From Squalus acanthias (Eukaryota), in assembly GCA_030390025.1 (NCBI GenBank), contig CM059441.1, positions 24,738,001-24,802,000 on the forward strand: DNA of 64,000 nucleotides, written 5' to 3'. Under the pieces are notes generated by a model. That model saw nothing but the letters and a program-made list of their open reading frames with translations, was not told where the DNA came from and searched no databases. Positions within the stretch are counted from its first letter, which is position 1, and each line of letters opens with the position of its first letter. Below, piece by piece: positions 37,136 to 48,824 of this stretch. The position numbers were made by a program, and so were the translations under genes.

Positions 37136-38112
37136 CTGGGATTGTCAGCCTGGATTATATGCTGAAATCTCTGGAGTGGATCTTGAACCTCTAACCTTCT
37201 GACTCAGAGGCGAGAACACTACCCACTGTGCCACGACTGACACTGACCAGGGGCAGAAGTCGTCACCGTGCAAACTTTCACGGGGAGGAGTCTGTGTTTT
37301 TAAAAAATATATATTTAAACCGCTCATTCCTTAACGCAGAAGAAATATACCAACGCCTAAAATATGGTTGGTGCACGGAGGGAAGTTTACGGTGGAGATC
37401 TTTGGCTCCGGTGGAGGGGGGTTGGGCTGGCGTGTGGGGTAGGGAGGGAGGAGCTGTGATCAAGATAATGGGGCATCCTCTGGAGAGGGAGCAGAGCAGG
37501 CCTGCTTCACGGGAGGCCGTGAGCTCAAAGGCAGAAGCTTTAAACTCCTCACTAATTGAAAAAGCTCCAGATCACATCAGCAATAAGAACATAAGCTGAG
37601 GTTTACAACGCTGTCCTCTGTGAACATAAGAAGGAACTTAAGAAATAGAAGCAGGAGTAGGCCCCTCGAGCCTGCTCCGCCATTCAATAAGATCATGGCC
37701 AATCTTGTTCCTCATCTCCACTTTCCTGCACTATTCCCATATCCCTTGATTCCCTTAATATCCAAAAATCTATCGATCTCTGTCTTGAACATACTCAACG
37801 ACAAACACAAATGCAGTAGCTCACTCACTGCATCAGGCCTGAGCAATGCCTTTGTGCCGTCTGCTATGTGAGGGGCTCAGGGTTCGCCAGTTTATAAACA
37901 CCGAGGATCTCACCTTTGCTGTTTTCAACTCCCTCCATGGCCTCGTCCCTCCCTATCCCTGCAACCTCCACCAGCCTCACAACTAATGTTCCCTCTAATT
38001 TGTTTTATTGGGCCCGCGCGGCCCCATTATTGGGCTCCGTGCCCCATTCAAAATTCCGCGCATGCGCGGTTTTTCCATTTAAAAGCCGGTAAGCCGGCTG
38101 CTCGAGACGTCC

Positions 38113-38832
38113 AACAACAACAACAACACTGTATTTATATAGCGCCTTTAACGTAGTAAAACATCTCAAGGCGCTTCACAGGAGTATTATAAGCCAAAAA
38201 AACATTTGACACCGAGCCACATAAGGATAAATTAGGGCAGGTGACCAAAAGCTTGGTCAAAGAGGTAGGTTTTAAGGAGCATCTTAAAGGAGGAGAGAGA
38301 GATTGCGAGGCGGAGAGGTTTAGGCAGGGAATTCCAGAGCTCAGGGCCTAGGCAACAGAAGGCACGGCCACCAAAGGTTGAGCGATTATAATCAGGGATG
38401 CTCAAGAGGGCAGTATTAGAGGAGCGCAGAGATCTCGGGGGGTTGTGGCTGAAGGAGATTACAGAGATAGGGAGGGGCGAGGCCATGGAGGGATTTGAAA
38501 ACAAGGATTCCAGAGCACTGTGCAGCCGCACAGCATAAAGGGAACATTGCCTACAGCCCCCCGAGATCTCTGCGCTCCTCCAATTCTGGCCTCTTGCGCA
38601 TCCCCGATTTTCAGCGCTCCACCATTGACGGTCGTGCCTTCAGCTGCCTGGTCCCCATGCTCTGGAATTCCCTCCTTAAACCTCCTTTAAGACACTCCTT
38701 AAAACCTACCTCTTTGACCGACCTGTCCTAATTTCTCCTTACGTAGCCCAGTGACAAATTCTGTTTCATTACGCACCTGTGAAACACCTTGGGACGTTTT
38801 TACTACATTTAAAGGCGCTATATAAATGCAAG
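38113..38832. mobile_element. Inverted pair of L2-type LINE 3' tails
   Basis: Minus copy 38113-38507 (RSLRSS...GGRAF...LWNSLPK...FK.LLKTYLF) and plus copy ~38553-38832; TTG-repeat tail. Confidence 0.8.
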
Positions 38833-39115
38833 TTTTTTCTCCTTCAAGTATTTATCGAATTCCCTTTTGAAGGCTGCTATTGACACCCTATCAGGCAGTG
38901 CATTCCACATCCTAACCATTCCGCTCATTCCAGCTTGCAATTTCTTTTCTTCTGGGCCTTCCTGTGCATTCCATCCCGTCCACCCCGCGTCGCCGCCCCC
39001 CCCACCCCCGCCTCCGCTCCACCATGAGTGGCAGAACCTGGCCACGACCCTGACTCTTAAATGCAAGAATTCTCCAACTGCGCTTGTTCGGGCGCAATAG
39101 CAAAGAAATTAGTTC

Positions 39116-39250
39116 TTCTGACGAAGGGTCATCGACCTGAAACGTTAACTCTGTTTCTCTCCCCACAGATGCTGCCTCACCTGCTGAGTATTTCCAGCAT
39201 TTTCTGTTTTTATTTCAGATTTCCAGCATCCGCGGTATTTTGCCTTTGTA
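39116..39250 (+). mobile_element. Penelope family A 3' tail starting at hammerhead core
   Basis: CTGACGAAGGGTCATCGACCTGAAACGTTAACT followed by the shared family tail. Confidence 0.75.
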
Positions 39251-39374
39251 TTAGTTCTTCTGACGTTTTATTGCATTATTGTGCGCATTTATTTGAATAA
39301 TTTATCCTCACTGAGACATTTTCTGTTTCTTCTCTGGCATCAGTACAAGTCACTTTAAAAATGGAAAAGCTTCT

Positions 39375-39872
39375 GGAGTTTAGAAGAATGAGAGATGATC
39401 TCATTGAAACTTAAAAGATTCTGAGGGGGATAGGCTAGATGCTGAGAGGATGTTTCTTCTAGGCCTTCCTGTGTATTCATCCCGCCCACCCCGCGTCACC
39501 GCCCCCCCCCCCACCCCCCACCTCTGCTCTACGATGAGTGGCAGAACCTGCAGCAACCAAGGCATGAACTCTGGATCCTGGGGAGTCTAGAACCAGGGGT
39601 CACAGTCTCAGGATAAGAGGTCGTCCATTTAGGGCTGAGATGAGGAGAAATTTCTTCACTCAGAGGGTTGTGAATCGTTGGAATTCTCTACCCCAGAGGG
39701 CTGTGGATGCTCAGTCGTTGAGTATATTCAAGGCTGAGATCGATAGATTTATGGACTCTAAGTGAATCAAGGATATGGAGATTGGGCAGGGAAGTGCAGT
39801 TGGAATCGAAGATCAGCAGCCTCGAAGGGCCACATGGCCTACTTCTGCTCCTATTTCTTATGTTCTTATGTT
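39375..39872 (+). mobile_element. CR1 3' fragment with foreign insert
   Basis: CR1 motifs either side of 39458-39575. Confidence 0.82.
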
Positions 39873-40216
39873 GTTATGTTCCCTAACTCGCACCAAGTCC
39901 CGTTCGCCCATCACCCTTGTGCTCGCTGACCTACATTGGCTCCCGGTTAAGCAACGCCTCGATTTCAAAATTCTCAGTCTTGTTTTCAAATCCCTCCATG
40001 GCCTCGCCCCATCCTATCTCTGTAATCTCCTTCAGCCCCACAACCCCCCGAGATATCTGCGCTCCTCTAATTCTGCCCTCTTGAGCATCCCTGATTATAA
40101 TCGCTCAACCTTTGGTGGCTGTGCCTTCTGTTGCCTCGGCCCGAAGCTCTGGAATTCCCTGCCTAAACCTGTCCGCCTCGCTACCTCTCTTTCCTCCTTT
40201 AAGACGCTCCTTAAAC

Positions 40217-41745
40217 TATAGACCGGTTAGCCTAACATCTGTGGTAGGTAAAATTTTGGAGTCCATTATTAAGGAGACAGTAACGGGACATTTGGATAAT
40301 CATAATTTAATAGGACAAAGTCAGCATGGTTTTATGAAGGGGAAGTCATGTTTGACAAATTTGAGGAAGTAACACACAGGGTGGATAAAGGGGAACCAGT
40401 GGATGTGGTGTATTTAGACTTCCAAAAGGCATTTGACAAGGTGCCACACAAAAGATTATTGCTTAAGATAAAAAATCACGGGATTGGGGGTAATAGTCTG
40501 GCATGGATAGAGGATTGGCTATCTAACAGAAGGCAGAGAGTTGGGATAAATGGTTCATTCTCAGACTGGCAATCAGTAACTAGTGGTGTTCCGCAGGGGT
40601 CAGTGCTCGGTCCCCAACTCTTTACAATCTATATTAACGATTTGGAGGAGGGGACCGAGTGTAACATATCAAAGTTTGCAGATGATACTAAGATGGGAGG
40701 GAAAGTAGTGAGTGAGGAGGACATAAAAAATCTGCAAGGGGACATAGACAGGCTAAGTAAGTGGGCAGAGATTTGGCAGATGGAATACAATACTGGAAAG
40801 TGTGAGGTTATGCACTTTGGCAGGAAAAATAGTAGAGCAAGTTATTATCTAAATGGCAAGAAACTGGAAAGTACTGAAGTACAAAGGGATCTGGGGGTCC
40901 TGGTGCACGAAACTCAAAAGGTTAGTATGCAGGTGCAGCAAGTGATTAAGAAGGCCAATGGAATGTTGGCTTTCATTGCTAGGGGGATAGAATATAAAAA
41001 TAGGGAGGTATTGCTTCAGTTGTACAAGGTATTGGTGAGACCGCACCTGGAATACTGCATACAGTTTTGGTGTCCATACTTAAGAAAAGACATACTTGCT
41101 CTCGAGTCAGTACAAAGAAGGTTCACTCGGTTAATCCCGGGGATGAGGGGATGGACATATGAGGAGAGGTTGGGTAGATTGGGACTCTACTCATTGGAGT
41201 TCAGAAGAATGAGAGGCGATCTTATTGAAACATATAAGATTGTGAAGGGGTTGGATCGGGTGGATGCGGGTAGGATGTTCCCGATGATGGGTGAAACTAG
41301 AACTAGGGGGCATAGTCTTAGAATAAGGGGCTGCTCTTTCAAAACTGAGATGAGAAGGAACTACTTCACTCAGAGGGTGGTAGGTCCATGGAATATGCTG
41401 CCCCAAAAAGCTGTAGAAGCTACATCATTACATAAATTTAAAACAGAAATAGACAGTTTCCTAGAAGTAAAGGGAATTAAGGGTTACGGGGAGCGGGCAG
41501 GAATTTGGACATGAGTCTAGGTTCGGATCGGTCATGGCCCTATGGGTAGCGTAGCGGGCCCAGGGGCCGTGTAGCCTGATCCTGCTCCTATTTCGTGTGT
41601 CCAATTATGTTAGGTTCAGGAGATGGTTCTGTGATAGTAGATTGGCGGTTAGGATCAGATCAGCCATGATCTTATTGAATGGCGGAGCAGGCTCGAGGGG
41701 CCAATTGGCCTACTCCTGCTCCTATTTCTTATGTTCTTATGTTCT
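40217..41745 (+). mobile_element. Young 5'-truncated CR1 LINE with reverse transcriptase
   Basis: 388-aa ORF with LDFQKAFDKV, GVPQGSVLGP, FADD; TTCTTATG tail; splits an L2 tail. Confidence 0.95.
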
Positions 41746-41827
41746 AAAACCTACCTCTTTGACCAAGCTTTTGGTCACCTGCCCTAATTTATCCTTATGT
41801 GGCTCGGTGTCAAATTTTTTGTCTTAA

Positions 41828-42246
41828 ACACGGTGGCATAGTGGTTAGCACTGGTGCCTCACAGCGCCAGGGTCCCGGGTTCGAATCTGACCTCGGGTGA
41901 CTGTCTGTGGAGTTTGCACATTCTCCCCGTGTCTGCGTGGGTTTCCTCCGGGTGCTCCGGTTTCCTCCCACAGTCCAAAAATGTGCGGGTTAGGTTGATT
42001 TGGCTATGATAAATTGACCCTTAGTGTTAGGGGGGGATTAAATATGTGGGGTTATGGGGATAGGATGGGATATGTTAGGGGGAATTAAATACGTGGGGTT
42101 ACGGGGGTAGGGTGGGATATGTGTACTGTGGGGATTAAAGCAGGGACAGGGTACTGGATTTGGATGATCAGCCATGATCGTATTGAATGGTGGAGCAGGC
42201 TCGACGGGCCGAATGGCCTACTCCTGCTCCTAGATTCTATGTTTCT
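41828..42246 (+). mobile_element. HE1-like V-SINE
   Basis: TGGCATAGTGG A box, GGTTCGAATC B box, V-domain and CR1 tail; inserted in an L2 tail. Confidence 0.85.
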
Positions 42247-42789
42247 AAAATACTCCTGTGCAGCGCCTTGGGACGTTTTACTACATTAAAGGCGCTATAT
42301 AAATACAAGTTGTTGTTGTTGTTGTTGATTGTAGGTTCCTGAAGCTGCTGTACCTGAATGAAGGTTCAATGAGTTAAAATTTAACTTTTATACATAAATA
42401 TCCTGGTGTGGATTTGATGCTTTCGTTGGGTCCCGATTGTTTATGCTGATTTCTGCCCATTTTAAGTTCGGTGTACCCTAATGACGTCGGGAGGATACTT
42501 GAGTGTTACTTGATGTCGGCAAATTGGCGGCATTTTCAGGTCTAATTTCCAGATTGTGGCCAAGGAGGAAACTCCAAGCTTGGACGTCTTGTCTTAAACC
42601 TCTCCCCCTGCCTCTTCTTTCCCCACCTTCCGAAGCCTCCTTAAAACCTGCCTCTTCGATCACGGTGCTGGTCACCTCCCTTCCTTCCTCTCCGACTCAT
42701 CTTCATGGGTCTGTACTCTGCTTCTCCACAGGTCAGGCCAGTGGAAGGCCAACTGTATCTCTACAGCGGACTGCACTTATAAAGATATA

Positions 42790-43623
42790 GGGGGCGATCT
42801 TGCCAGCCCTGGGGAGGCAGGACTGCCGGGAAAATGGCAGAATCTGGGGGCAGGTACCCATCCTACCCCCAACCCGCCTCCGTGCCATCTTCCCAGGAGG
42901 CGGGTACCCAACCCGCGCTGGGTCCCGCCTCCTAGAGGCAGGAAGGGGATTACAGCCACTTAACTGCCTGTTAACAGGTAGTTAACAGCCAGTTAAGAGG
43001 ATTATCCTCATTTTTCCATCAGAGGTGTGGGCTTCCTGACGTCGGGAAACCCCGCCAGGGTCAGCGAGGCGAGCAGTGGGTCCGCAGGGGTGAGAGGGGT
43101 CCAAAAGTGCGCTGTGGAGGTGAGAGATGGGTGCAAGTCTGGAGAAGTAAGTATGTGAGGTGAGTGAAAAGTGTTAGAAAAAGTTTCCTTACCTTTGTTT
43201 CTTCCTGCAGGCTTCAATCGTTGGGGATCCAGAGGCTTCGGCATCTCCGCAGCAGAGATGACAGAATGGCTGCTGCATTCTCCGATGCAACAGCCATCTG
43301 CTTTCTGCTCAGAAAATAGGTTTGGTGAGTCTTCAGTACAAGGACTCACCAAACAACAGAGAATGTCAGTGTTTGACAGCTTCTCAAAGCTGTCAAACGA
43401 TGATAATTCATCTGTCAAAAATTTTTGACAGATGAAACGTCATACGCTGATGTTCTCTGTAACCAGCTTCCCCTTAATTGGCCTGCTAAGCCCGCTGGGC
43501 GGGCTTAACAAGGTCAATCAAGGGAAAATAGCGTGGGTTGGCCACAAGTCGATGGAGGCGGGACTGAAACTGAACAAGCAGCAGTCCCGCCTCCAATACG
43601 CCCCCATTGGCAAAATCACCCCC
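42790..43623. mobile_element. MITE (PIF/Harbinger-like)
   Basis: TIRs GGGGGCGATCTTGCC / GGCAAAATCACCCCC flanked by ATA on both sides. Confidence 0.75.
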
Positions 43624-43729
43624 ATACAGTGGGATTCAGAGATTTTAATCGACAATTAAGGTGCAAGTCACGTGTGTGACTTTTAATCAGTGCAAATTAT
43701 GCCCAGAACCTGTCCACCCTTTACTCTAG

Positions 43730-44272
43730 GAACATTCGGAACAGGAGCAGGCCATTCAACCCCTCGCTACTCAATCAGATCATTGCTGATCTACACCTCA
43801 GCTCCATTTCTCACCGTGGCTCCATATCCCTTTATACACTTACCTAACAAAAATCTATCGAGCTCAGTCTCGAAAGCTCCAGTTGTCCCCCAGCATCCAC
43901 AGCCTTTTGGGGAGGGGGGGGGGGAGAGTTCCAGATTTCCACTCTACTTTGTGTAAAGAAGGTGCCTCCTGATTTCCCTCCTGAACGGCCCGGCTCGAAT
44001 TTGAAGATTCTGTCCCCTTTGTCCTTGACTCACCCGACCAGAGGAAATAGTTTCTCCGTATCGACCCTATTGCATCCTTTTAACATTTTAAACACCTCGA
44101 TCAGAGCATCCTCGACCTTCAACACTCAAGGGAGTACCAGCCAGGTTTATGCAACCTGTCCTCATAATTTATCCCCTTTTAGCCCCGGGTGTCATTCTGG
44201 TCAATCTGCGCTGCTCCCCCTCCAAGGCCAATACATCCTTCCTGAGGTGCGGGGCCCAGAACTGAACGCGGT
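43730..44272 (-). mobile_element. Older CR1 3' fragment
   Basis: Degenerate CR1 ORF2 end and tail on minus strand. Confidence 0.75.
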
Positions 44273-44467
44273 TACCCCTGCTCAATGTTCCTTGTCATTT
44301 TGCATTGGTGCCGTGCGGCCCCTTCAAGCAAAATGCCGGTAACTGTTGGATTTTTGAGGGAGACGGCTCTGGAAACCAAATGTGCGATGATGCTTTTAGA
44401 TGTATTACTGGCAGTTTCTCACCCAGCTCGTCAGATTGGGATGTACAAAGCCTACCTTTATTAAAAT

Positions 44468-45463
44468 GAGAAGTCGCACAACACCAGGTTATAGTCCAAC
44501 AGATTTATTTAATTTTACAAGCTTTCGGAGCTTTCGCTCCTTCCTCAGGTAGGTTAGCAGTGAGAGAATCTCCCAGAATTCACAATTTAAACACAGACAA
44601 AATCTATTCAAATCTTTCCCTACATCAAAGACACACTAAGAGCACAGCCAAGACAATGAGATGTGTCCCAGGGGGTCCAACGTGTCAAACCACCTGCTGG
44701 CTGCATATCCTGTCAATTTGTGTTGGTTCTTGTGTTAGTCTTTTTAAAAAAAAAAACACCTGGGAAGACCGGCCATGATGTCAAGTCACGTTCTGTATCG
44801 TGACATGAACCCGATATCGCGATTGAGGCCATCCTCATGAGTGCGGAACTTGGCTATCAGTTTCTGCTCTATGATTTTGCGCTGTCGTGTATCCCGAAGG
44901 CCGCCTTGGAGAACGCTTACCCGCAGATCCGAGGCTGAATGCCCCTGGCTGCTGAAGTGTTCCCCGACTGGGAGGCAACCCTCCTGCCTGGCGATTGTTG
45001 CGCGGTGTCCGTTCATACGTTGTCTCAGTGTCTGCATGGTCTCACCGATGTACCATGCTCTGGAGCATCCTTTACTGCAACGTATCAGGTAGACAACGTT
45101 GGCCGAGTCACATGAGTATGTACCGTGTACCTGGTGGGTAGTGTCCTCACGTGTGATGATGGTATCTGTGTCCATGATTTGGCATGTCTTGCAGCGGTTG
45201 CCGTGGCAGGGTTGTGTGGTGTCTTGGTTGCTGTTCTCCTGAAAGATGGGTAATCTGCTGCGAACGATGGTACTTTTGAGGTTAGGCGGCTGCTTGAAGG
45301 CGAGTAGTGGAGGCGTGGGGATGGCCTTAGCAAGGTGTTCGTCGTCATCGATGACATGTTGAAGGCTGCGAAGAACAAGGCGTAGTTTTTCCGCTCCGGG
45401 GAAGTACTGGACGACGTAGGGTACTCTGTTGGTTGTGTCCCGTGTTCGTCTTCTGAGGAGGTC
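44468..45463 (-). mobile_element. Penelope-like element, 3' part with GIY-YIG endonuclease
   Basis: ORF 44786-45175 has VVYLIRC...YIGET...RQRMNGHR...EQKLI...GLN; downstream UTR carries hammerhead motif and AATAAA. Confidence 0.9.
44516..44551 (-). ncRNA. Minimal type I hammerhead ribozyme motif (Penelope family B)
   Basis: UAC-CUGAGGA-A-GGAGC GAAA GCUCC-GAAA-GCU-U-GUA: both core boxes, helix II with GAAA loop, palindromic helix III. Confidence 0.82.
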
Positions 45464-45788
45464 TTATTAAAGGATGGCCTGCAAATTCTAAATTGTCCTT
45501 TGAGTTTTTGCTATCCTTAAGCATACCTTGACCCCTTTAAGGGGCCGCGCGGGCTGTTCAAAATACCGCACGTGCGCTGCAAAGCCGGCTGCGCGGGGTC
45601 CCTTGAGCGCTGCACGCCCGGCGTACAGGCAACCTTGCCCCCCCACTGGGGTCTGACTATGGCTCCATACGAAAGAACTCTCATGTAGAAAAAGGACTTG
45701 CATCCTGAAGACGTCCCAAAGCACTTTGGAGCCAACAAATTACTTTGGAAATGTTGTTTTGTAGGTCAAGAACCAAGCAGTCTGCTGC

Positions 45789-46250
45789 TGTCAGCCTTTG
45801 GCTCAGTGGGCTAGCACTCTCACCTCTCATGAAGGTTGTGAATTCACATCCCACAGCATGAGACTCAAGCACTAAAATCTAGGTTAGCACTCCTAGTGCA
45901 GGACTAAGGGAGTGCTGCACTGTCGGAGGTGCTGTCTTTCGGATGAGATGTTAAACTGAGGTCCCGTCTGCCCCCTCAGGTGAACGTAAATAGATCCCAT
46001 TGGCCACTATTTCGAGAAGAGCAGAGCGGGGGAGTTATCCCTGGGGCCAATATTTATTCCTCAATCAACATCACTAAAACAGATTATCTGGTCATTATCA
46101 CATTGCTGTTTGTGGGAGCTTGCTGTGTGCATATTGGCTGCCGCATTTCCTACATTACAACAGTGACTACACTTTAAAAAAGTGCTTAATTGGCTGTAAA
46201 GCATTTGGAGACGTCCGGTGGTTGTGAAAGGCGCTGTATAAGTCTTTCTT
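45789..46250 (+). mobile_element. DeuSINE
   Basis: Head, core and tail. Confidence 0.8.
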
Positions 46251-46484
46251 TTCTTTTTAGGACTTCGCATTCACGCACTGTTACACTTGACTTTGATCTG
46301 TCTGCCACTGTCGTTACTGTAACTGAGTGGCGTACACTGACCTGAGATTCAGTGACATGGGAGATTCAATCAGCCTATTGCTCTTATTACCAGAACCGAG
46401 CACAGTACCAAGACAGGACATGTTTCCTGCTGTCTGTACTTGCATACCCTAATATCACCATGGTAACTGTAGTGAAATCCAGTT

Positions 46485-46860
46485 TTGTTTTCAAATCCCT
46501 CCATGGCCTCGCCCCTCCCTATCTCTCTAACCTCCTCCAGCCCTACAACCATTCGTGATCTCTGCGCACCTCCAATTCTGACCTCTTGAGCATCCCCGAT
46601 TTTAACCGCCCGCCCCACCATTGGCGGTCGTGCCTTCAGCTGCCAAGGAACTAAGCTCTGAAATTCCCTCCCTAAATCTCTCCGTCTCCCTACCTCTCTT
46701 TCCTCCTTTAAGACGCTCCTTAAAACCTACCTCCTTGATCTGTCCTAATATCTCCTTATGTGGCTCGGTGTCAAATTTTGTTTGATAATCGCTCCTGTGA
46801 AGCGCCTTGGGACATTTTACTACGTTAAAGGTGCTATATAAATGCAGGTTGTTGTTGTGT
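46485..46860 (+). mobile_element. L2 3' fragment
   Basis: FKSLHGLAPPYL motif and tail. Confidence 0.8.
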
Positions 46861-47293
46861 TGCTGAACTGTAATTTATGGGGGATGGGGCACCCTAGAAA
46901 ATGGCCTCAGAACCTCATTGTCAATATACTTTCCAATTTTACATTTTGCGGTGGGGTGCACACAGAGAGGGATTGAGAAATAAAATTGCTTAATGTGGAT
47001 ATCTGACCCATGTCTGGCACAGATTAACTAGCTGGCTCGAAAATCTTCGGACACACTCTGACCAATGAGAAAAGACTAAAGACCTCGTCCTCGTCTCTAG
47101 ACTGAGAACGAAAAAGGAAGAGTTACCCTAAAAACAGCTAACAAGCAACAGCAAGGTTTTCGATGGCAAGACAGCAGATATTGCTAAGAGTTAGTCAACA
47201 CCACGTTAATCACATCATTTGATTCACTAGACAACAACACTAACTTGCATTTATATAGCACCTTTAATGTAGACAAAATGCCCCAAAGCGCTT

Positions 47294-48193
47294 GTCACCC
47301 CATGGCTCAGTGGGTAGCACCCTCGCCTCTGAGTCAGCAGGTTGTGGGATCAAGTCCCAATCCCGAGACTGGAACACAAAAATCTAGGTTGACACTCCAG
47401 TGCAATACTTACAATTTTGTTTAATAACAATCCTGTGAAGAAAGACTTGCATTTCTACAGCGCTTTTCACAATCACCGGACGTCCCAAAGCGCTTTACAG
47501 CCAATCAAAGTACTTTTTGAAATGCAGTCACTGTTGTAATGTAGGAAACGCAGCAGCCAATTTGCGCACAGCAAGCTCCCACAAACAGCAATGTGATAAT
47601 GACCTCTACTTACCATAGACCAACCCTTTTGTTCTTTTATTCCTCCCCCCAGCTTCCCCCTTGCATTTTTATCTGTTTAATTTCTTGCTTTTCGCTCAGT
47701 TCCGACGAAGGGTTTCGACCTGAAACGTTAACTCTGTTTCTCTCTCCACAGATGTTGCCTGGCCTGCTGAGTTTTTCCAGCGTTTTCTGCTGTTATTTCG
47801 GATTTCCAGCATCCGCAGTATTTTGCTATCATACTGAGATTAACTAGCTGGCTGCACTGTCGGAGGTGCCGTCTTTCGGATGAGATGTTAAACCGAGGCC
47901 CCATCTGCCCTCTCAGGTGGCTGTAAAAGATCCCATGGCCACTATTTCGAGGAAGAGCAGGGGAGTTATCCCCGGTGTCCTGGGCCAATATTTATCCCTC
48001 AACCAACATCACTAAAACAGATTATCTGGTCAATATCACATTGCTGTTTGTGGGAGCTTGCTGTGCGCAAATTGGCTGCTGCGTTTCCTACATTACAACA
48101 GTGACTGCATTTCAAAAAGTACTTTGATTGGCTGTAAAGCGCTTTGGGACGTCCGGTGATTGTGAAAAGCACTGTAGAAATGCAAATCTTTCT
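47294..48193 (+). mobile_element. DeuSINE split by templated inverted insert and Penelope tail
   Basis: Head 47294-47409, remainder from 47851. Confidence 0.75.
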
Positions 48194-48598
48194 TCACAGG
48201 ATTGTTATTAAACAAAACTTGACACCGAGTCACATATGGAAATATTAGGACAGGCTTGGCCAAAGGGGTAGGTTTTAAGGAGCGTCTTAAAGGAGGAGAG
48301 AGAGGCAGAGAGGTTTAGGGAGGGAATTCCAGAGCGTAGGGCCCAGGCAGCTGAAGGCACGGCCGCCAATGGTGGAGCGATGGAAATCAGGGATGAGCAA
48401 GAGGCCAGAATTGGAGGAGCGCAGAGATCTCGAAGGGTTGTAGGGAAAAGGTTACAGAGATAGGGAGGGGCGAGGTCATGGAGAGATTTGAAAACAAGGA
48501 TGAGAATTTTAAAATCGAGGTGTTGCTGGACCGGGAGCCAGTGTAGGTCAGCGAGTACAGAGTGATGGGTGAACGGGACTTGGTGTGAGTTAGGATAC
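48194..48598 (-). mobile_element. L2 3' fragment
   Basis: ILTHTKSRSPIT motif on minus strand. Confidence 0.8.
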
Positions 48599-48824
48599 GT
48601 GCAGCACGCCAGTTATTGGAAGAAATAAAATCCCACATAACAGCACAGCTTTCAGTCTGAAGTAGAATCTCAGGCTTCGACTGCCCATTGTGACTGATAA
48701 CCCTCTCAACCTCTGCCAAAGTACTCTTGCCATTTAAACGGTTTACAATTGTACAACATCTGAGAGATGCTTGTAGATAGTGGAGTTAGAAACATAGAAA
48801 TTTACAGAACAGAGAATGAAAGAA

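Larger units (their letters stand above)
39880..42327 (+). mobile_element. L2 3' fragment hosting CR1 and V-SINE insertions
   Basis: ITLVLADLHWLPVKQRLDFK; pieces 39880-40216, 41746-41827, 42247-42327. Confidence 0.85.

Noticed and set aside
36354-37202. Cys-rich repetitive ORFs resembling keratin-associated or metallothionein proteins
   Set aside because: Translation of a 33-bp SINE-derived tandem repeat.
40348-41514. 388-aa RT ORF as host gene or retron
   Set aside because: Typical CR1 ORF2 C-terminal half, 5' truncated with an upstream frameshift and CR1 tail.
41828-41900. SINE heads as functional tRNA genes
   Set aside because: A/B boxes run straight into SINE bodies and tails; no proper cloverleaf.
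44786-45175. GIY-YIG ORF as domesticated nuclease or homing endonuclease
   Set aside because: Continuous with upstream Penelope coding sequence and downstream hammerhead UTR.
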